Source: Candidatus Poriferihabitaceae bacterium
GTDB taxonomy: Bacteria; Pseudomonadota; Gammaproteobacteria; Arenicellales; Poriferihabitantaceae
DNA length: 64,000 nucleotides
NCBI GenBank assembly: GCA_965206445.1
Contig: CBDBJR010000002.1
Location: forward strand, 1,065,422 to 1,129,421
Direction of reading: 5' to 3'
The position numbers were made by a program, and so were the translations under genes. The notes beneath the pieces were generated by a model that saw nothing but the letters and a program-made list of their open reading frames with translations, was not told where the DNA came from and ran no database searches. Position 1 is the first letter of the stretch, and every line of letters starts with the position of its first letter. Below are positions 52,293-62,178 of this stretch, piece by piece.

Positions 52293-53888
52293 ATGAACAT
52301 GAAAAAATTTCACTGGTTTAAGGTAGCCGGGCGACCTGTTGGTCGCCGCAAATTTGTCAAAGGCATGTCACTGTTGGGCGCGGCCACCGCGTTTCCATTG
52401 CCGCTGTCAATTGCACGGGCGGACAGCGGCACGTTGCGTGTGCGCACCTACGCTGATATAACAACGCTGGACCCGGCGTTCAGTATCGGCGTGGTCGATG
52501 AGGAGATTCACTCGGCTATTTACAACAAACTTATACAATACAAGCCGGGGCGGGAATGGGACTGGCAGTTAGATGCCGCCACCATGATCGAACAGGTGAG
52601 CGACACGCGTATTAATTTCGCGTTGCGCGATGATATTGGTTTCACCAACGGTTTCGGTGCAATGACCGCGGAAGACGTTAAGTTTTCTTTTGAACGCATC
52701 GTTGACCCGAACTTACAGTCCACCAACAAGCCCGACATGGGGCCGCTCAAGCAAGTAGAAGTAACCGGCGAGCGCACCGGGGTTATCGTGCTGGACAAGC
52801 CGTTTGCTCCGCTGTGGTCGATCGCATTGCCGTATATTACCGGCAATATCGTCAGCAAAAAGGCGTTTGAAAAAGCCGAAGGCGGACGCATCGGCACTGA
52901 CCCGGTTGCCGAATCCGGTCCTTACTTGCGTCATTCATGGCGATCGAAAGAAAAAACGGTGCTGAAGCGCAACCCCGACTGGCGTGGCGCGCCAGCGGCG
53001 TTTGACACGATTGAGATATATCCAATCGATGACGAAAAAACCGCCGAAATCGCTTTTGAAGCCGGTGAAATCGACTACACCAGAGTTGGGCTCGATTCGG
53101 TGGCACGCTACCGTGACAACCCGCCGGCCGATTCCATATTGGCAGAATATCCGTCACTGTTTTATGTTTGGATTGGGATGAACGTTGACAATGCGCTCTT
53201 GAAAAACAAAAAACTGCGTCAGGCAATTCAATACGCAGTCGATGTTCCCTCCATTATGGACGCCGCTTATTACGGCGCCGCGGAACCTGCGACCGGCATT
53301 ATCGCCCCCGGGCTGGTTGGGCACCGTCCGCAAGGAATCGTGCCGCCGGCGGCAAACTTCGACAAGGCACGGCAATTCCTTGCCGAGTCAGGCGAAACCG
53401 ATGTTAGCCTGACCCTGGATGTCATCAATAAAACTGCCTATACAACCGCCGCTCAGGTTATCCAGGCCAACTTGCAGCAAATTGGCATCAACCTTGATAT
53501 CAACGTCCATGAGGCGGCGACTTTTTGGTCGCTGGGCGATGAAAGCAAGGGCGAACAGTGGAAAAACATACAATTAATTATGAATCGTTTCTCCATGACG
53601 CCGGACCCCTACTATGCCACCGCATGGTTTACGCAGAAGCAGGTCGGGGTATGGAATTGGGAGCGTTTCCGTTCGCCTGAGTTTGATACACTTCACGAAC
53701 AAGCGGCGCAGGAAACCGACCTCGCCCGGCGCGATGAACTGTATCGCCAGGCACAGGATTTGATGGAAGAGTCGGGTGCCTACCGCTTCCTTACGCACGA
53801 AGCGACGCCAGTCATCTATCGAAGATCGATTCGCCCGGCGTTCCGCCCGGACGGACTGCCGTTGTTTCGCTATTTCGCGCATACATAA
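52293..53888 (+). CDS. ABC substrate-binding protein, family 5 (peptide/nickel/opine, DppA/OppA-like)
   Basis: 531 aa with signal sequence GRRKFVKGMSLLGAATAFPLPLSIARA and an SBP_bac_5-like body. The start may be ATG 52299. Confidence 0.85.
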   Translation: MNMKKFHWFKVAGRPVGRRKFVKGMSLLGAATAFPLPLSIARADSGTLRVRTYADITTLDPAFSIGVVDEEIHSAIYNKLIQYKPGREWDWQLDAATMIEQVSDTRINFALRDDIGFTNGFGAMTAEDVKFSFERIVDPNLQSTNKPDMGPLKQVEVTGERTGVIVLDKPFAPLWSIALPYITGNIVSKKAFEKAEGGRIGTDPVAESGPYLRHSWRSKEKTVLKRNPDWRGAPAAFDTIEIYPIDDEKTAEIAFEAGEIDYTRVGLDSVARYRDNPPADSILAEYPSLFYVWIGMNVDNALLKNKKLRQAIQYAVDVPSIMDAAYYGAAEPATGIIAPGLVGHRPQGIVPPAANFDKARQFLAESGETDVSLTLDVINKTAYTTAAQVIQANLQQIGINLDINVHEAATFWSLGDESKGEQWKNIQLIMNRFSMTPDPYYATAWFTQKQVGVWNWERFRSPEFDTLHEQAAQETDLARRDELYRQAQDLMEESGAYRFLTHEATPVIYRRSIRPAFRPDGLPLFRYFAHT

Positions 53889-53930
53889 AAATATGAGCAA
53901 AGCATGAACAACGAGTAAGTCGGGCAGCAG

Positions 53931-54872
53931 ATGCTCAAATACACGATACAGCGATTGTTTCTGTCGGCGTTGATTGTTGTTATCGCCGTAACGTTGATGT
54001 TCATCATGATACGCTCGGTGCCGGGCGATCCAGTCAGTGTCATGCTGGGCCCGCGCGCGACGCCGGACTTAAAAGCCCAGCTCATTGAGCAGATGGGGTT
54101 GAACGATCCTTTGCCGTTGCAGATTTCCTATTTCTTTGGCAACTTGCTTGCCGGCGATATGGGCGTGGATGTTTTTTCAAACCGGCAAGTATCGGACATC
54201 GTTTTTGAGCAACTGCCTTATACGCTGGAGTTGATTTTTTGCTCGATTATCTGGTCGGCGACGCTGGGCGTGTTTCTCGGTGTCTATGCCGCAGCGCGGC
54301 GCGATTCGCTAGTCGATCGAATTACCGCTTTCTTGTCAGTGGCGTGTGTTGCCGCGCCCGCTTTTGTTGTCGCATTGCTCGGGTTGTTGCTTTTTGCAGT
54401 GCGATGGCAGTGGTTCCCCGCCATCGGCGCTGGCGACCCGGAGCATTTCAGCGGCAGGCTGTCGCATTTGGTCCTGCCGTCTTTTGCCATCGGGTTGTCC
54501 TGGGTCGGGTATGTGGCGCGTCTTGTGCGCGCTTCCATGTTAGAGGTCATGGTCGAGCCGCACATTCGCACGGCGCGGGCGTTTGGCTTGCCCGAGTGGC
54601 GGATTGTTTTGGTGTATGCGTTGCGTGTTGCGATTTTGCCGGTGGTTACCGTGATCGGGGTCGGCATGGGATTTTTGCTCTCGCAAGCGGTCTTCACCGA
54701 GATTATTTTCGCCCGTCCCGGGATTGGCAAACTGGTAATCGATTCCATCACCACGCGTAACTATCCGGTGGTGATGGGAGGGGTCTTGATCTCGACCGTG
54801 GTTTTCGTTTGCGCTACCGCGGCCGCCGACATTATCAACGCCGTGCTTGACCCGCGCGCGCGCACCGCATGA
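53931..54872 (+). CDS. ABC permease (DppB-like)
   Basis: MLKYTIQRLFLSALIVVIAVTLMFIMIRSVPGDPV is the typical DppB/OppB N-terminus. Confidence 0.9.
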   Translation: MLKYTIQRLFLSALIVVIAVTLMFIMIRSVPGDPVSVMLGPRATPDLKAQLIEQMGLNDPLPLQISYFFGNLLAGDMGVDVFSNRQVSDIVFEQLPYTLELIFCSIIWSATLGVFLGVYAAARRDSLVDRITAFLSVACVAAPAFVVALLGLLLFAVRWQWFPAIGAGDPEHFSGRLSHLVLPSFAIGLSWVGYVARLVRASMLEVMVEPHIRTARAFGLPEWRIVLVYALRVAILPVVTVIGVGMGFLLSQAVFTEIIFARPGIGKLVIDSITTRNYPVVMGGVLISTVVFVCATAAADIINAVLDPRARTA

Positions 54873-55732
54873 CACCCGCCAACACAGCTGGAGCAATCAC
54901 CGCAGCCATGCGCCTGATGTTGCGCGAGCCGACGGGAATGGTGGGTGTTACCATTGTCATCGTCATTGTATTGTCGGCGCTGTTTGCCGATCAGATCGTT
55001 CCTTATAGCCCAACGGCACTGGACGTGCCGGCGCGTTTGCAGGGCCCTTCCGCCGCGCACTGGCTCGGTACCGACCAGTTGGGGCGCGACTTGTTTTCGC
55101 GTGCTGTTATGGGTGGACGGGTGGCGTTGCAAGTCGCGTTACCCGCGGTCTTTGCGGCAATGTTGCTGGGCCTCGCGCTCGGCATGGTCGCCGGTTTCGG
55201 CCCGCGCTGGCTGGATAGCGCAATCATGATTTTCCTGGACACCATTCGCTCATTCCCCACGGTCATGTTTGCGCTGGCGGTGGTTGCGCTGACCGGCCCC
55301 AGTCTGGAGACCGTGGTGTTTGTGGTCATGGTCACTTCCATCCCTACTTACGGACGAGTGGCACGCACGCAAACCTTGAGTTTGCGGTACAGCGAATTCA
55401 TTCTCGCCGAACATTCGCTCGGCGCATCGCTGCCGCGCATTTTATGCGTGCATATGCTACCCAACATCATCGGCGTGCTGCTGGTATTGGCGGCGATGGA
55501 CATTCCGGCAATCATTGCGCTGGAAGCGGGGTTGTCTTTTCTCGGAATGGGAGTCAAACCGCCGACACCATCGTGGGGCTCGTTGCTCAAAGACGGTTAT
55601 GCGCTGATTCGCAACACACCATGGCCGATAGTCGCCGGCGGCCTGCCGATAATTCTGGCGACGTTGGGGTTCACTTTTTTTGGTGAGGCGCTGCGCGATC
55701 TTGCCGATCCACGAATGCGCAAGACGCGATAA
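54869..55732 (+). CDS. ABC permease (DppC-like)
   Basis: 287 aa. ...PSAAHWLGTDQLGRDLFSRAVMGGRVAL is the typical DppC/OppC motif. ATGA overlap. Confidence 0.9.
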   Translation: MTPANTAGAITAAMRLMLREPTGMVGVTIVIVIVLSALFADQIVPYSPTALDVPARLQGPSAAHWLGTDQLGRDLFSRAVMGGRVALQVALPAVFAAMLLGLALGMVAGFGPRWLDSAIMIFLDTIRSFPTVMFALAVVALTGPSLETVVFVVMVTSIPTYGRVARTQTLSLRYSEFILAEHSLGASLPRILCVHMLPNIIGVLLVLAAMDIPAIIALEAGLSFLGMGVKPPTPSWGSLLKDGYALIRNTPWPIVAGGLPIILATLGFTFFGEALRDLADPRMRKTR

Positions 55733-55734
55733 TC

Positions 55735-56703
55735 GTGACCGAAGACGCATTACTGGATATTCGCGACTTTTCGCTCAACTACGGAGACGTGGAGGCGTTG
55801 CGCAACGTTTCGTTTTCCATTGGCAAAGGTGAAATTGTCGGCGTAGTAGGCGAATCGGGTTGCGGTAAATCTTCGCTGATGAATGCTATCTTGCGATTGC
55901 TCCCGGTCAGTGCGAAAACGCGCGGCGGGATATTTTTTAAACAGCGCAATGTATACGATTTGGACGAAGCGGAAATGCAGGCTTTGCGCGGCATGGACAT
56001 CTCCGTTATTTTTCAGGACCCGATGCGTACGCACAACCCGGTCATCAACATCGGCGCGCAAATGACGGATATTCAATACCGCGAAAAAATTTCGCGCGGC
56101 GCAAAATTAAAGCGCAGCGTGAATATGCTAAAACAAGTCGAGATTCCAGATCCAGAATTGCGATTGCAACAGTATCCGTTCCAGTTTTCCGGTGGGATGT
56201 TGCAACGTATTGCTATCTCCATGGCGCTGATATCGCGCCCCGACCTGCTCATCGCCGACGAACCGACAACCGCGCTGGACGCCACTTTGGAAGTGCGGAT
56301 TATCGACACATTGCGGCAGTTACAGCAGGATTACGGTTGCTCCATTTTATTTATTTCACACCATCTGGGTGTGGTCGCCGAACTGTGTCAGAAAGTTGCG
56401 GTGATGTATGCCGGTGAGGTGGTGGAATCGGGTGCGTTGCGCGATGTCTTTGCCAACCCCGGCCATCCGTACACCCGCCGCCTGCTGGAATGCGACCCCG
56501 GTCACGCCAAACAAACCATGCGCCGTTTGCCGACCATTCCCGGCGACGTCCCCGATTTGAGCAATTTGCCGGACGGTTGCGCGTTTGCATCGCGTTGCGA
56601 TTCGGCACTGCCCAAATGCGCTTCGCAACGCCCGCCAATATTCAGTTGCGGCACAGGGCATCGAGCCTGTTGCTGGCTGCAAGAAACTGCGGATCCGGCA
56701 TGA
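55735..56703 (+). CDS. ABC ATP-binding protein (DppD-like)
   Basis: GESGCGKSS, FSGGMLQRIAISMAL, LLIADEPTTALD and a C-terminal oligopeptide-type extension. GTG start. Confidence 0.9.
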   Translation: MTEDALLDIRDFSLNYGDVEALRNVSFSIGKGEIVGVVGESGCGKSSLMNAILRLLPVSAKTRGGIFFKQRNVYDLDEAEMQALRGMDISVIFQDPMRTHNPVINIGAQMTDIQYREKISRGAKLKRSVNMLKQVEIPDPELRLQQYPFQFSGGMLQRIAISMALISRPDLLIADEPTTALDATLEVRIIDTLRQLQQDYGCSILFISHHLGVVAELCQKVAVMYAGEVVESGALRDVFANPGHPYTRRLLECDPGHAKQTMRRLPTIPGDVPDLSNLPDGCAFASRCDSALPKCASQRPPIFSCGTGHRACCWLQETADPA

Positions 56704-57662
56704 CGGCATTGCTCGAAGTCGAAAATCTCCGCGTCAGCTTTCCCTCGGGCGGTGTCCTCGGATGGCACCGGAAAACCATAGACGGTGTTGCCGATGTCTC
56801 ATTTACTATCGCACCCGGAGAGACTTACGCGGTAGTCGGCGAAAGCGGTTCCGGTAAAACTACTTTGTTGCGTGCCATCGCCGGTTTGCTGCCTGCTGCC
56901 GGCGGCTCGGTCAGGTTCGGCGGACAAGAAATTACCGGCCTGTCCGCTGCCGAATATCGCCCGCTGCGAAAAGATATTGCCGTGATGTTTCAGGACCCGG
57001 TCGGCAGTTTGAGTCCGCGCCGCACAGTGTACGCGCTGCTCGCCGAGCCGTATGTCATCAACGGAATGAAAGATCGGGATTTGCGCGCCGAGGTGGCACG
57101 GCTGTTGAATATGGTTGGGTTGCCGGCCGATTTTGCCGAGCGTTATCCGCACCAGTTGTCCGGCGGGCAGGCACGGCGCATCGGCGTGGCGCGGGCGTTG
57201 GCGTTATCTCCGAAATTGATTCTCGCCGACGAACCGACAGCCGGTCTGGATGTTTCGGTGCAAGGTGAACTGCTCAATTTATTAAACGACCTGCGAGAAA
57301 ATCTCGGCCTGGCGATGATGATGATTACGCATAACCTGAATGTGATTCGTCATGTCGCTGACCGCATGGGAATCATGTATCTGGGGCGGCTGGTGGAGGA
57401 GGGCGACACCCAGGCGATTTTTGCCCGCCCCCGCCATCCCTATACCCTGTGCTTGCTGTCGGCAAACTCGTCGCTCAACCCCACCGCCGGTGAACAGCGA
57501 ATCACGCTGCAAGGAGAACCGCCCAGCATTGCCATGCGCCCGCAAGGCTGCGAGTTCAGACAACGTTGCCCGTTCGCCGAGGAACCGCTATGCACACAAA
57601 CCCCGGCGTGGACGACGCTCGATGAACGCCGTGGCTTGCGCTGCCTGAAACCGCTGGCGTGA
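56700..57662 (+). CDS. ABC ATP-binding protein (DppF-like)
   Basis: MTALLEVENLRVSF..., GESGSGKTT, LSGGQARRIGVARAL, ILADEPTAGLD. ATGA overlap. The track ORF 56490 has a spurious 5' extension. Confidence 0.9.
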   Translation: MTALLEVENLRVSFPSGGVLGWHRKTIDGVADVSFTIAPGETYAVVGESGSGKTTLLRAIAGLLPAAGGSVRFGGQEITGLSAAEYRPLRKDIAVMFQDPVGSLSPRRTVYALLAEPYVINGMKDRDLRAEVARLLNMVGLPADFAERYPHQLSGGQARRIGVARALALSPKLILADEPTAGLDVSVQGELLNLLNDLRENLGLAMMMITHNLNVIRHVADRMGIMYLGRLVEEGDTQAIFARPRHPYTLCLLSANSSLNPTAGEQRITLQGEPPSIAMRPQGCEFRQRCPFAEEPLCTQTPAWTTLDERRGLRCLKPLA

Positions 57663-58043
57663 CCGGTCGGTGAAATCCGAAGCGTTTCTGCCTTTGGCGC
57701 ACGAATTCGAACTGGACACCCACATCCTTTCGCCCGGCGGCATCACCGAAGTGCAGCCGGGTCTCCGCCCCGGTCGTGATTGCCTCGGAGCGATGTCCAC
57801 CTCCACCGATGGTTATGCCGAACCAATGCTCATTGCCCCCGCCTTTGCTCACGCAGCCATGCGCCAGGTCATTCTATGTTTGCGATACGTTTGAAACCGA
57901 GCAAGCAAAACCCGGGCTCTCAAACTACCCAACCCCAGGGCCATTCTACTTTGGGGGGATTGACAGCTCGTGGAGTATATGCAAGAGTTATGGATAGTCG
58001 TTTCAAAAAACTCACATTCCCAGCACCTTTTCCGGAGGATACA

Positions 58044-58859
58044 ATGAAATATCGCACTCTAAAATTTGTGGCACTTTCAGTGCTCTCGATGACATTACTG
58101 GCAAATATCGCGCAGGCCGAGACTTTGCGCGTCGGCATGGAATGCACTTATGATCCGTTTAACTACCGAACCTCGGACGGTGAGTTGGCCGGTTACGATG
58201 TTGATGTCGCCAAAGGCGTCAGTGAAAACATCGGCGCGGAAGTGGAATTCGTTTGCCAGAAATGGGATGGCATGATACCGGCCTTGCTGGCGAATAAATT
58301 CGATTTGATTGTCGCCTCGATGTCGATCACCGACAAACGCAGCGAGAAGATCGATTTCTCCAGCCCTTACCGTATTTCCGTTGGGCGTCTGGTTGGCAGA
58401 AAAAGCGACAACTTTAATCTGTTCAACGCCGACGATTCGGTAAACGCGGATGGCTTCAACGGTATCAAGGTTGGGCTCGAACGATCATCAACCTATGAAA
58501 ACTGGATGATAGCCAAAGTGCCCAACGCGAATATTCTGAGATACGACAACAACGAGGCGATGTATCTGGATTTGCAAAACGGGCGCACCGATATGATTAT
58601 GACAAACCCGATGAAAGCCTACCTCAAGTTCCTCAGCAAGGAAGACGGTGCCGGTTACGAGTTTGTCAGCCCGGCGCTCAATGAAACCGAGTACTTCGGA
58701 GTCGGTGTTGGTATCGGTTTGCGCAAGGGCAATGATAAACTTCGCACGCGGATTAACACCGCGCTGAAACAACTCACCGAAGATGGGTCGCTGGAAGAAT
58801 ACGCGCTCAAGATTTTTCCGTTTCCGATTCACCCGGCTAAATGGATTAGCCTCGATTAG
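58044..58859 (+). CDS. Polar amino-acid ABC substrate-binding protein (family 3, His/Lys/Arg/opine-type)
   Basis: ATG 58044 follows GGAGGA. MKYRTLKFVALSVLSMTLLANIAQAETLRVGMECTYDPFNY...DLIVASMSITDKR. Confidence 0.85.
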   Translation: MKYRTLKFVALSVLSMTLLANIAQAETLRVGMECTYDPFNYRTSDGELAGYDVDVAKGVSENIGAEVEFVCQKWDGMIPALLANKFDLIVASMSITDKRSEKIDFSSPYRISVGRLVGRKSDNFNLFNADDSVNADGFNGIKVGLERSSTYENWMIAKVPNANILRYDNNEAMYLDLQNGRTDMIMTNPMKAYLKFLSKEDGAGYEFVSPALNETEYFGVGVGIGLRKGNDKLRTRINTALKQLTEDGSLEEYALKIFPFPIHPAKWISLD

Positions 58860-58897
58860 ATTAGCAGGCGTGGTGCACGGCTACGCAGCAATATATC

Positions 58898-59593
58898 GTG
58901 TCGGAAATCGTCGGCTGGATAGACGACTTTCTCCGTGGAGGCGTGGTCGTCCTCCAGATATTCGCCGTCTCGCTGGGGCTTTCGGTCATCATCGGATTGA
59001 TCGGGTCGGCGATCAAACTGTCCGGCAACCGAGCGGCCCGGGCCGCCGCCAATGCCTACACGGTCGTCTTTCGGGGAACACCTGAACTGCTGGTTTTGTT
59101 GATCATCTATTTCGGCGCAGCACTCACGCTGACCGCGATTTTCCAACTCTTCGATCCCGGCATAAAGTTCATCGAAATACCGCCGTTTTGGGCGGGTGCA
59201 TTCGCCATCGCCCTGATCGTAGGTGCTTACATGACCGAAACGTTCCGAGGCGCTTTTCTCGGCGTCGACCCCGGACAAGTCGAGGCGGCCCTCGCCCTCG
59301 GGCTTGGCCGGTTTCACACCTTTGTCTATGTGCGAGTTCCGCAGATGTGGCGTCTCGCGCTGCCGAATTTTGGCAATCACATGTTGTCGCTGATGAAAGA
59401 CACGGCACTTATCTCGATCATCGGTGTGGAAGAGATCGTATTCGTGGCCGAGATGGCGACCTCCGTGACCAGCAAGCCATTCACCATGTATATGATTGTG
59501 GCAGTCATTTATCTGTGCATCACCACGGTGATAACGCTGGTGGTAATGCTGCTGGAGAAATACGCTAACAGACACCTGGTGGGCGGCCTGTGA
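58898..59593 (+). CDS. Amino-acid ABC permease (HisQ-like)
   Basis: 231 aa, His/Glu/Gln/Arg/opine permease family (FRGTPELLVLLIIYFG, ...ETFRGAFLGVDPGQVEAALALG). Confidence 0.85.
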   Translation: MSEIVGWIDDFLRGGVVVLQIFAVSLGLSVIIGLIGSAIKLSGNRAARAAANAYTVVFRGTPELLVLLIIYFGAALTLTAIFQLFDPGIKFIEIPPFWAGAFAIALIVGAYMTETFRGAFLGVDPGQVEAALALGLGRFHTFVYVRVPQMWRLALPNFGNHMLSLMKDTALISIIGVEEIVFVAEMATSVTSKPFTMYMIVAVIYLCITTVITLVVMLLEKYANRHLVGGL

Positions 59594-60288
59594 TATTCGA
59601 CGTCGCTTTGGTTTTCGACAGCATTCCGAAATTACTCACCGGGGTTGGCCTGACTCTCGAACTTCTGGTATTGTCTTCCTTTATTGGCTTGCTGCTGGCC
59701 CTGATCACATTGCTGATGCGCCTCAGTGGTCGCTGGTTTCTGGTGGCGCCGGCGTTGGCTTACATCTACCTGTTTCGCGGCACCCCTATCCTGGTGCAAA
59801 TTTTCATCATTTACTATGGTCTCCCGCAGTTCGATGCGATTCGCACCGGCTTGTTTTGGCCGATTCTGCGCGAACCTTTCTGGTGTTGTATTATCGCCCT
59901 CAGCCTGAATGCCGGCGCCTATGTCTCTGAAATATTGCGCGGCGGCGTGCTTGGTGTAGACCAGGGATCGTTGGAAGCGGCGTCGGCACTCGGCATTTCC
60001 AGGCCGCAAAGATTCATCTACATCACCACACCGATCGCCATCCGGCTGTCGCTACCGGCCTACTGCAACGATATGATCAGCATGACCAAGGCAACCGCTC
60101 TGGCGAGCACGGTCACTTTGCTCGAAACGACCGGTGTGGCACGGACCATCGTCGCGCAAACTTTTGCGCCCTATGAGGTTTTTATTTCTGCGGCGATTAT
60201 CTATTTGGTGATTGCGTCGATATTGCAGAGAGGATTTGGCTTGTTGGAAAAGCGAATGAGCCGGTATCTCCCAGTGGTCACGGGATGA
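59590..60288 (+). CDS. Amino-acid ABC permease (HisM-like)
   Basis: 232 aa (FRGTPILVQIFIIYYG, ...EILRGGVLGVDQGSLEAASALG). Overlaps the previous gene. Confidence 0.85.
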   Translation: MIFDVALVFDSIPKLLTGVGLTLELLVLSSFIGLLLALITLLMRLSGRWFLVAPALAYIYLFRGTPILVQIFIIYYGLPQFDAIRTGLFWPILREPFWCCIIALSLNAGAYVSEILRGGVLGVDQGSLEAASALGISRPQRFIYITTPIAIRLSLPAYCNDMISMTKATALASTVTLLETTGVARTIVAQTFAPYEVFISAAIIYLVIASILQRGFGLLEKRMSRYLPVVTG

Positions 60289-61055
60289 TGAGTAAATCAG
60301 AAGTTGACATGAGTGAGCGCGATCCAATCGTTGTCCTCGATCAGGTTTGCAAAAACTTCGGTGAATTCAATGCCCTTATCGATGTCAATCTCACCGTACA
60401 CAAAGGGGAAAAAGTCGTTATCTGTGGGCCATCCGGGTCCGGCAAGTCAACCCTGATTCGATGCATCAACCGTCTGGAAAAGCACGACAGTGGTCGAATT
60501 GTCGTCGCCGGCAGGGAGCTAACCGGTGGACTGAAAGATATCAACATGGTGCGTAGAGATGTAGGCATGGTCTTTCAGGGCTTTAATTTATTTCCTCATT
60601 TGAAGGTAATTGGAAATCTGACCCTGGCACTGAAACTGGTACTCAAAGCGTCTGAATCCGAGGCGCGCGAAACCGCGATGCACTACCTCGAGCGGGTACA
60701 CATTCCGGAACAGGCCGACAAGTATCCGAGTCAACTATCCGGCGGCCAACAACAGCGTGTGGCCATCGCGCGCGCGTTGTGCATGAATCCAAAAATCATG
60801 CTGTTCGACGAACCGACTTCTGCGCTCGACCCGGAAATGATCAGCGAGGTGCTGGATGTTATGATCGAGTTAGCGCACGGCGGCATGACCATGATTTGCG
60901 TCTCGCATGAGATGGGGTTCGCTCGCTCAGTCGCCGACAATATCGTTTTTATGAACGAGGGCAAGATCGTTGATATGAATCCCCCCGCAAAATTCTTTGA
61001 CAATCCCAGGAGTGAGCGCGCCAAACTTTTTCTCAAACGCATTCTCTCCCATTAG
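60285..61055 (+). CDS. Amino-acid ABC ATP-binding protein (HisP/GlnQ-like)
   Basis: GPSGSGKST, LSGGQQQRVAIARAL, MLFDEPTSALDPE, SHEMGFA. Confidence 0.9.
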   Translation: MMSKSEVDMSERDPIVVLDQVCKNFGEFNALIDVNLTVHKGEKVVICGPSGSGKSTLIRCINRLEKHDSGRIVVAGRELTGGLKDINMVRRDVGMVFQGFNLFPHLKVIGNLTLALKLVLKASESEARETAMHYLERVHIPEQADKYPSQLSGGQQQRVAIARALCMNPKIMLFDEPTSALDPEMISEVLDVMIELAHGGMTMICVSHEMGFARSVADNIVFMNEGKIVDMNPPAKFFDNPRSERAKLFLKRILSH

Positions 61056-61070
61056 CATGGATACGAAAAA

Positions 61071-61844
61071 ATGAAAGATATTCACAAGCTGGCTGCGTTC
61101 GGCACCGAGCTCGCCGAGTTGAGCCGCAGCATCATACGCTCGCAACCGATACGCGAAGTTGACTATGAGATCAAACCCGATGGTTCGCCCGTGACGGCGA
61201 TTGATAAAGAAGTCGAACGACGGCTGAGGGAACGCATCGATGATCGCTACCCCAATCATGGCGTTTTCGGCGAAGAATTCCCGAACCGGGATACGGGTGC
61301 GGAACGGGTATGGCTGATAGACCCGATTGACGGCACCAAACAATACGCCACCGGCATCCCGCTTTACGGCACCTTGATCGCACTGGCTGAAGCGGGCCGG
61401 TTTGTCTTCGGCGTGATGGATTTCCCCGCGACCGGCGACCGCTGGATGGGTGGGCACGGTTACCCGACTTGCTGGAACGGTCAACCGGTGACTGCCGCGC
61501 AATGCGCCGATTTGCGCGATGCGACCATAGTATGCGGCTGCCCCGGCCGGAGCAATACCGCGGAGACCGCCGGGGCTTTGACGCTTTCCGGCGCCGGATT
61601 ATTCAGCGTTTGTGGTGCCGGCAGCTATGGTTTTGCCTTGGTTGCATCCGGCCGGCTGAATGTTGCGATAGACACCGGGTTGGACCCGTTCGATGTCGCC
61701 GCGCCAGTGGCGATCATTGAAGCAGCGGGGGGCTCGGCGAGTGATTGGTCAGGTCAGCCACTCACGCTCGAATCTCACGGCAACGCGTTATTCGTGAGCG
61801 ATTCCGCTTTGCTCAACCCGGTAATTGCTCTGCTACAAAGCTAA
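61071..61844 (+). CDS. Inositol monophosphatase-family phosphatase (possibly histidinol-phosphatase HisN-like)
   Basis: DGSPVTAIDKEVERRLRERI...GEEF...WLIDPIDGTKQY are the IMPase motifs. Confidence 0.8.
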   Translation: MKDIHKLAAFGTELAELSRSIIRSQPIREVDYEIKPDGSPVTAIDKEVERRLRERIDDRYPNHGVFGEEFPNRDTGAERVWLIDPIDGTKQYATGIPLYGTLIALAEAGRFVFGVMDFPATGDRWMGGHGYPTCWNGQPVTAAQCADLRDATIVCGCPGRSNTAETAGALTLSGAGLFSVCGAGSYGFALVASGRLNVAIDTGLDPFDVAAPVAIIEAAGGSASDWSGQPLTLESHGNALFVSDSALLNPVIALLQS

Positions 61845-62178
61845 GCCGCCCATACGGCAGCCCTCGCTCTTCATGCCGGTCTCAGGGAATCCAACGACCG
61901 AATGCTACCGTGTATTGCCGTTTCAACCCCGGCGATCGGCTAAAATGAGCGTGTCGGTCGTGGAATTGACCGGAATTATAAGGCACATGCCGTCTGATGG
62001 CTGGGTCACCTCCTGGCTCTATAAAGAGATTCGGGGCCGGAGCGCCCATATAATTTGCTTGCAATGCATCCATTGAAGTTGGATAATACATGATTCGGAG
62101 CGCCTGCTGGTTGGGCGGATTATGGATTTTTCGACCGGTTATGGGTTTTTTGACCGGCATTTGACAGGAATAGTGACC

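Noticed and set aside
57663-58043. 380-bp gap after the Dpp operon whose + frame reads ...HEFELDTHILSPGGITEVQPGLRPGRDCLGAMSTSTDGYAEPMLIAPAFAHAAM..., possibly a gene relic.
   Set aside because: No family could be recognised from the peptide, and there are no start or stop boundaries. This is insufficient for a pseudogene call.
4381-59575. Many long ORFs antisense to, or overlapping, the called genes. Examples: 4381-5241(-), 5843-6916(-), 10548-11237(-), 11780-12823(-), 20206-21228(-), 23008-23979(-), 42918-43781(-), 44209-44949(-), 58856-59575(-), and numerous 60-190-aa ORFs.
   Set aside because: These are typical shadow ORFs of GC-rich DNA. Their translations are dominated by R/P/G/A/H with no recognisable motifs. 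Each is fully overlapped by an ORF on the other strand or frame that has clear family signatures and operon context.
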